Shown here in pieces: positions 32,196 through 34,111 of a DNA stretch of 34,111 nucleotides (positions are counted from its first letter, which is position 1; each line of letters starts with the position of its first letter). Under the pieces are notes generated by a model. It was not told the origin of the DNA. It did no database searches and saw only the letters and a program-made list of their open reading frames with translations. The position numbers were made by a program, and so were the translations under genes. The DNA is from Chiloscyllium plagiosum (Eukaryota), in assembly GCF_004010195.1 (NCBI RefSeq), contig NC_057719.1, forward strand, positions 15,058,969-15,093,079, given 5' to 3'.

Positions 32196-32398
32196 TTTTT
32201 AGAACATCTGAGTGGTAAAGAGAGGAAGATATGAGTTATTCTACATTGATATGTTCTGATGCAGTAACCTAAGTATTTAATTGCTTTGAATGTCCATCCA
32301 GCTCATTAGCCATTTGTAAAGTCATTGCTGCTAACCTCATTGAGATTCCCAGGTTCAATTTGAAAGTTGGCCAAGAAATTCACCAAGATCTCAAGCCC

Positions 32399-33912
32399 TT
32401 AATGTCCTCCAGGGAAGGAAATCTTCCATCCTTGCCTGGTCTGGTCTAAATGTGACTCCAGAGCCACTACAATGTGCTTAATTCTCAACTACCTCCTGAA
32501 ACCGCATAGCAAGCCACTCAGTTCTACCAATCACTAAGAAGTCTAAAACAAAGAAATGAATCTGGATGGACCATCTGGCATTGACCTAGACAGTGGAAAA
32601 GACAACAGCAGAAGTCTTCCTCCTAAACATGTGGGGGCTAGTGCCAAAATTGGGAAGGCTGTCTCACAGACTAGTCAAGCAACAGCCTAACATTGTCACA
32701 CTTCATGGAATCATACCTGACAGACGATATCCCAAACACCACCATCACCCTCCCTGGAAAGGTCCCATGCCATCAGTAGGTCAGACCCAGCAGAGGTGGC
32801 ATCACAGTAGTTTATAGTCGGGAGGGAGTTTCCCTGGGAGTCCTCAACATTGACTCCAGAATCCATGAAGTTTCATGGTTCGGGTCAAACATGGGCAAGG
32901 AAACCTCCTGCTACATACCATCCTCGCTTGGCTGGAAAATCAGTACTCCTCCATGTTGAACAACACTTGGAGGAATCAGTGAGAATGGTAAGGACACAAA
33001 AGGTCCTCTGGGTGAGAATCTCAATGTTGACTGGCAACAGTGGCTAGGCAGCCGTGTTAATGATCGAGCTGGTTGGGTCTGAAAGGACATGGCTGCTAAC
33101 CTGGGCTGCAGCAGGTGGTGAGGGAACCAACAAGAGAGAAAACCATGCTTGATTTCACCCTTACCAATCTGCGAGCTGCGTGACAGTTATTGGTAAGAGT
33201 GGACACTGCTGAAGCACTGCAGATGTGCTCCAGAACTTGGTACTCCCCCCAGCCAAGCTATTCCAATATAGTTACAACACAGGCACCTATGTAAAGATGT
33301 GGAAATTGCCAGTACAAACAAAGCAGGACAAATCCAAACCAGCCAATTACTGCCCCATCAGCCTATTCTCAATCATCAGTAAAGTGAGGGAACATGTTAT
33401 CAACAGTGCTATCAAGCAGCATCTGCTCAGCAATAACCTGCTCAGTGACACCCAGTTTGGGTTCCACCAACTCCTGATCTCATTACAGCCTTGGTTCAAA
33501 TATTGACAAAAGAGCTGAATTCCAGAGGTGAGGTGAGAGTGACAGCCCTTGTCATCAAGGCCACATTCAACCAAGTCCAGCATCAAGGAGCCCTATCAAA
33601 ACTGGACTCAATGGCTATACAGGGGCAAACTCTCCGCTGGTTGGAGTCATACCTGGCACAAAGGAAGATGGTGTGGTGCTTGGAGGTCAGCCATCTCAGC
33701 TCCTGGACATCTCTGCAGGAGCTAGTGTCCCAAGCCCAACCATCTTCAGCTGCTTCATCAATGACCTTCCCTCCAACATAAGGTGAGAAGTGAGGATGTT
33801 CACCAATGATTGTACAATGTTCAGCACCATTCACATCTCCTCAGATACCGAGGCAGTCAATGTTCAAATGCAACAAGATCTGGACAATGTTCAGGCTTGG
33901 GCTGTCAAATGC
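32399..33912 (+). mobile_element. CR1-group LINE: 5' UTR, APE endonuclease start, internal deletion, RT
   Basis: NMWGLVPKLGRLSHRLVKQQPNIV (APE N-terminus), KQDKSKPANYCPISLFSIISKV...DTQFGF, MFTNDCTMF (FADD position), MQQDLDNVQAWA. Confidence 0.88.
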
Positions 33913-33916
33913 CACA

Positions 33917-34111
33917 GAAATTCTGGATCAATGGTGCTGGAAGAGGACAGCAGTTCAGGCAGCATCCGAGGAGCTTCAGCAAAATCGACGTTTCGGGCAA
34001 AAGCCCTTCATCAGGAATAAAGGCAGAGAGCCTGAAGCGTGGAGAGATAAGCTAGAGGAGGGTAGGGGTGGGGAGAGAGTAGCATAGAGTACAATAGGTG
34101 AGTGGGGGAGG
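33917..34111 (-). mobile_element. Young Penelope-like 3' terminus running off the window end
   Basis: Same terminal family as 16945-17120 and 21980-22152, with CpGs retained and an intact HHR core. Confidence 0.85.
33983..34018 (-). ncRNA. Minimal hammerhead ribozyme motif, intact core
   Basis: Minus strand: ATTC-CTGATGA-A-GGGC-TTTT-GCCC-GAAA-CG-TC-GATT. Confidence 0.75.

Larger units (their letters stand above)
28234..32398 (-). mobile_element. Decayed PIF/Harbinger DNA transposon (extent inferred from degenerate subterminal inverted repeats)
   Basis: Contains a transposase pseudogene. 29270-29322 resembles the reverse complement of 32261-32318. The right end ...GCCC is followed by TTA. 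Confidence 0.45.

Noticed and set aside
32072..32500. HDV-like ribozyme in the LINE 5' UTR/SINE body
   Set aside because: Only simple hairpins are visible, and I could not build the nested double pseudoknot.

Overview
Eukaryotic, repeat-dense, apparently intergenic or intronic DNA with no recognisable host protein-coding gene and one 466-nt assembly gap (5055-5520). The repeat set (HE1-type tRNA SINEs, CR1/HER1-like LINEs, DeuSINE-like remnants) points to a cartilaginous fish, probably a shark (inference). It holds many CR1 LINE fragments, single L2 and Rex1/Babar 3' ends, three Tx1-clade LINE 3' fragments, a decayed Gypsy gag-pol, a probable solo LTR, a decayed PIF/Harbinger transposon and many Penelope-like element (PLE) pieces. 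Two patterns stand out. (1) Short PLE-derived fold-back (hairpin) insertions, each with its own target-site duplication (TSD), carry minimal hammerhead ribozyme (HHR) motifs, and their junctions cluster at the ribozyme 5' boundary; one is nested inside another. (2) The three Tx1 fragments share the same 5' end, and each sits at the TATA-like position of an LTR-like repeat. All calls come from reading motifs by eye; the edges of old repeats are approximate.
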